Part shown: piece after piece, positions 60,890 through 64,000 of the stretch
How the letters are laid out: each line of letters opens with the position of its first letter
Position numbering within the stretch: position 1 is the stretch's first letter
Assembly: GCA_024137785.1 (NCBI GenBank)
Contig: JAHRHZ010000017.1
Span: 10,727,990-10,791,989, forward strand
Length of the DNA: 64,000 nt
Reading direction: 5' to 3'
Source of the DNA: Ginglymostoma cirratum
Taxonomy: Eukaryota
Translations under genes and position numbers: made by a program
Notes under the pieces: generated by a model
Databases searched by the model: none
The model's input: the letters and a program-made list of their open reading frames with translations, nothing else
What the model was told of the DNA's origin: nothing

Positions 60890-62472
60890 ACCCAGTGGTG
60901 GGTAAATCTTTGGAGGGGATTCTGAGGGATAGGATTTACATGTATTTGGAAAGGCAAGGAGAGTTTAGGGATAGTAAACATGGCTTTGCTTGTGAGAAGT
61001 CATGTCTCACTAACTTGGTTGAGTTTTTGAAGAAGTGACAAAGACGATTGATGAAGGCAGAGTGGTGGATATTGTCTATATGGACCTCAGTAAAGCATTC
61101 AACCAGGTTCCGTGTGGTAGACTGGTTAGCAAGGTCAGATCACGTGGATTCCAGGGAGAGCTGGCCATTTGGATACAAAATTAGCTTGAAGTTAGGAGAC
61201 AGGAGGTGATGGTAGAGGGTTGGTTTTTGGATTGGAGCTCTGAGACCAGTGGTGTGCCACAAGGATCGGTGCTGGGTCCACTGCCTTTTTGATTTGGATG
61301 TGAATAAAGGAGGTATTTTTAGTGAGTTTGCAGATGACATCAAAGTTGATGGTGTAGCGGACAGTCAAGAAGGTTATCTCAAAGTACAATGGGATCTTGA
61401 TCAGATGGGCCAATGGGCTGAGGAGTGGCAAATAGAGTTTCATTTAAGTAATTGCAACATGTTGTATTTTGGTAAGGCAAAGCAGGGCAGGTTAAATTCA
61501 TGGTAGGGTCATGGGGAGTTTTGTTGAACAGAGACCTTGAAGTGCACATTCATAGTTCCTTAAAGGTGGAATCACAGGTAGACAAGGCAGTGAAGAAGGT
61601 ATTTGTTATGTGTGCCTTTAGTGGTCAGTGCATTGAGTATAGGAGTTGTGTTGTCATGTTGCAGCTGTACAGGACATTGATTAGGCCACTTTTGAATACT
61701 GCATTCAATTCTGGCCTCCCTGCTATCGGAAAGATTTTGTGAAACTTGAAATGGGTCAGAAAAGATTTACAAAGATGTTGCCAGGGTTAGAGGGTTTGTT
61801 CTATAGGAAGAGACTAAACATGCTGGGGCTATTTTCCCTGGAGCATCAGAGGCTGCGGGGTGACCTTATAGAGGTTTATAAAATCATGAGGGGCATTGAT
61901 AGCCAAGGTCTTTTTCACAGGGTAGGGGAGGCCAAAACTAGAAGGGCATAGGTTTAAGGTCAGAGGGAAAAGATTTGAAAGGGTCCTAAAGGGGTAATGT
62001 TTTCACGCAGAAGGTGGTGTAAGTACGGAATGAGCTGCCCCAGGAAGAAGTGGAAGCTGGTGCAATCACATTATTTAAAAGCTATCTAACTGAGTACATG
62101 AATAGGAAGGGTTTAAAGGGGTAGTATGAACTGCTGGTGCTGGAGAATCTGAGATAACACGCTGTAGAGCTGGATGAACACAGCAGGCCAAGCAGCATCA
62201 GAGGAGCAGGAAAGCTGACGTTTCGGGTCGAGACCCTTCTTCTGCTTGGCCTGCTGTGTTCATCCAGCTCTACACCGTGTTATCTCAGATTCTCCAGCAT
62301 CAGCAGTTCATACTACCCCTTTAAACCCTTCCTATTCATGTTTAAACAGGGTTTAAAGGGGTATGGGCCAAATGCTGGAAAAATGGGACTAGATTAATTT
62401 AGGATATCTAGTTGGCATGCATGAGTTGGACCAAAGGGTCTGTTTCCATGCTATACATCTCTATGACTCTGC
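60890..62472 (+). mobile_element. CR1/HER1-like LINE, 5'-truncated, with a fold-back insertion in its tail
   Basis: GKSLEGILRDRIY, EFADDIKV and QKRFTKMLPGLEGL; tail ctctatgactct. Confidence 0.93.
62097..62340. repeat. 99-bp-arm inverted repeat (Penelope-tail element plus inverted host flank)
   Basis: Arms 62097-62195 and 62242-62340, two mismatches by eye, 46-nt spacer. Direct repeat AGGGTTTAAAGGGGTA at 62108-62123 and 62348-62363. Confidence 0.93.
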
Positions 62473-63109
62473 GTCTTGTGAACAGACTGAAGAAGGGCAC
62501 CCGTGCATAAATTGGGAACGGCCAGCCGCAAGTGCAACAAATGACCAGCAGGGGGAGCTGAGTGCTATAAGAACAGCCAGTTCTGAAACGTGAGAAAATA
62601 TCCTAAGTCAACAGCCCCCTATCACGTCAAAAACAAATAAAAAGTTCCTTCAAAAGAAAAAAAAATCCACGGAAATGGAAATCAGGCCACAAAGAAAAAG
62701 TTCAAGAATTTAAAGCTGTAAAGCAAAATGTGAAGATAAGATTCCAAGGGGAGGTCAGAGAGTCAAAACAGATTCTGAGGCATCAACTTCAAGGAACAAA
62801 GGTTTCCATCACAACATAAAGTTGGCACATGAGCTGTTTCAAAACTGGTGACAGCTTGCCATGATTGAAGACTATTAGAGTTTATACGAGCAAATATGAT
62901 ATTCCAAAGGCCAGGAGGCACAAATGCTCAGGTGTGTGGGTAAATCACCAGGAAGCTTAGTCACAGAAGACAAAATGAGAATGAAAGATTATATATACTG
63001 AAGCATCAGAATACCTCAGTGTTGATCAGAAATGCTCATATTCATCTCTCAAAAGAGAGTGGATACAATGAAGACAGGAAAGAATTTCGGCAAGAATCTC
63101 CAAAGCGAT

Positions 63110-63930
63110 TCAAAGATTGAGGCAACAGTATCATATTACTCTGCAAGAATATGCTAAAGTCACCTGCTTGTACTTTGCCAGGAAGTTTCCTCATTGTTTG
63201 ATAGGAAAAATAAAATCTCAGTTAGACAGCATGTTTGAAAGTGGGTTCATCTCCCCAGTGTTAGAACCAACACAGGAGTGCTCAGGGCTAGTAATTCTTT
63301 CAAGAACAAATAGAGAATTAAGACTGTGTGTCAGAGCATGTTGGGGACAACAATTCAAGAGAAATATTTTAAGGTTGAGGTAGATAGATTTTTGATAACC
63401 AAGGAGATGAAAGATTATTGGTGAAATGCAGGAATGTAGAGTTGGGGTTAAAATCAAACCAGCCATGGTCTTATTGAATGGCGGAGCAGGTTTAAAGGGA
63501 TGAGTGGCTTACTCTTGTTCATATATTTTGGATTTTTTTTTGTGAATCCCAATAACTTAGACAAAGGAGTTAGGAGAGAAATCCATCCTATTTTGTCTGT
63601 TGATAATAGTTTAGCAAATTGGCAACAAGCTTGTTTTCATAAAATGACTTGCCAACCATGGGTCCTTGCAGATATCCCTCAACCAAGAGTCAAGATTACT
63701 AATTACATTTATTACACTATTCAAGTGGTCTTACCTCAACAATGTGCCATTTGTGATCTCCTCTGAACTAGAGATTTTCCAATGGGCAATGTCTAGAATC
63801 CTGGAAGGGAAGCAGGAAATATGTTGCCATGTGCATGACATTCTAGTGCATGGTAAGATAAAGATCATGATCAGAGGATCAGGGATGTGTTAAAGACACT
63901 ACAGAACACAAGCCTTAAACTTAATGAACA
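63110..63930 (+). mobile_element. Ty3/Gypsy LTR retrotransposon RT remnant, interrupted by a CR1 tail (about 63335-63530)
   Basis: GFISPVLEPTQECSGLV...LRLCV, VRREIHPI and QISLNQESRLLITFIT...PF.ISS..EIFQ..M..IL.G...HVHDILVHG. Confidence 0.85.
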
Positions 63931-64000
63931 GTTAATGGCAGGACCCTGAACAGCATTGATGTACAAAGGGATCTTGTGGTTCAAGTCTAAAGCTCCCTGA

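Noticed and set aside
23000-64000. Exons of an expected syntenic neighbour such as LEKR1 on the minus strand
   Set aside because: No convincing spliced coiled-coil exons found by eye. The coding-like stretches resolve to transposon remnants.
1-64000. CRISPR arrays, rRNA or true tRNA genes
   Set aside because: None seen. The tRNA-like A/B boxes belong to SINE heads.

Overview
This is a vertebrate genomic window, most likely from a shark. That call is an inference from the HE1/V-SINE, DeuSINE, HER1-like CR1 and Penelope repeat content. One protein-coding gene is supported: cyclin L1 (CCNL1) on the + strand, with 11 coding exons at 3860-22139, all GT-AG introns, 1482 nt and 493 aa. It has a CpG-island promoter carrying CRE and YY1 motifs and a poly(A) signal at 22539. 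Its introns retain the premature-stop alternative exons recalled from mammalian CCNL1 (tails SDQLHLPKTG* and VVHDGKS*), plus further candidate poison exons and an apparent decayed echo of exon 8. The rest of the window is decayed transposons (CR1/L2, RTE, Penelope, Harbinger, Gypsy, SINEs, a MITE, a solo LTR) and candidate conserved non-coding elements. The most striking non-gene signal is a set of short Penelope-derived insertions with 10-16 bp target-site duplications. They carry minimal hammerhead-ribozyme cores (CTGANGA...GAAACGTY) and are often folded back into long palindromes. One lies in sense orientation about 125 nt downstream of the CCNL1 poly(A) signal. No database searches were run; family names rest on motif recognition.
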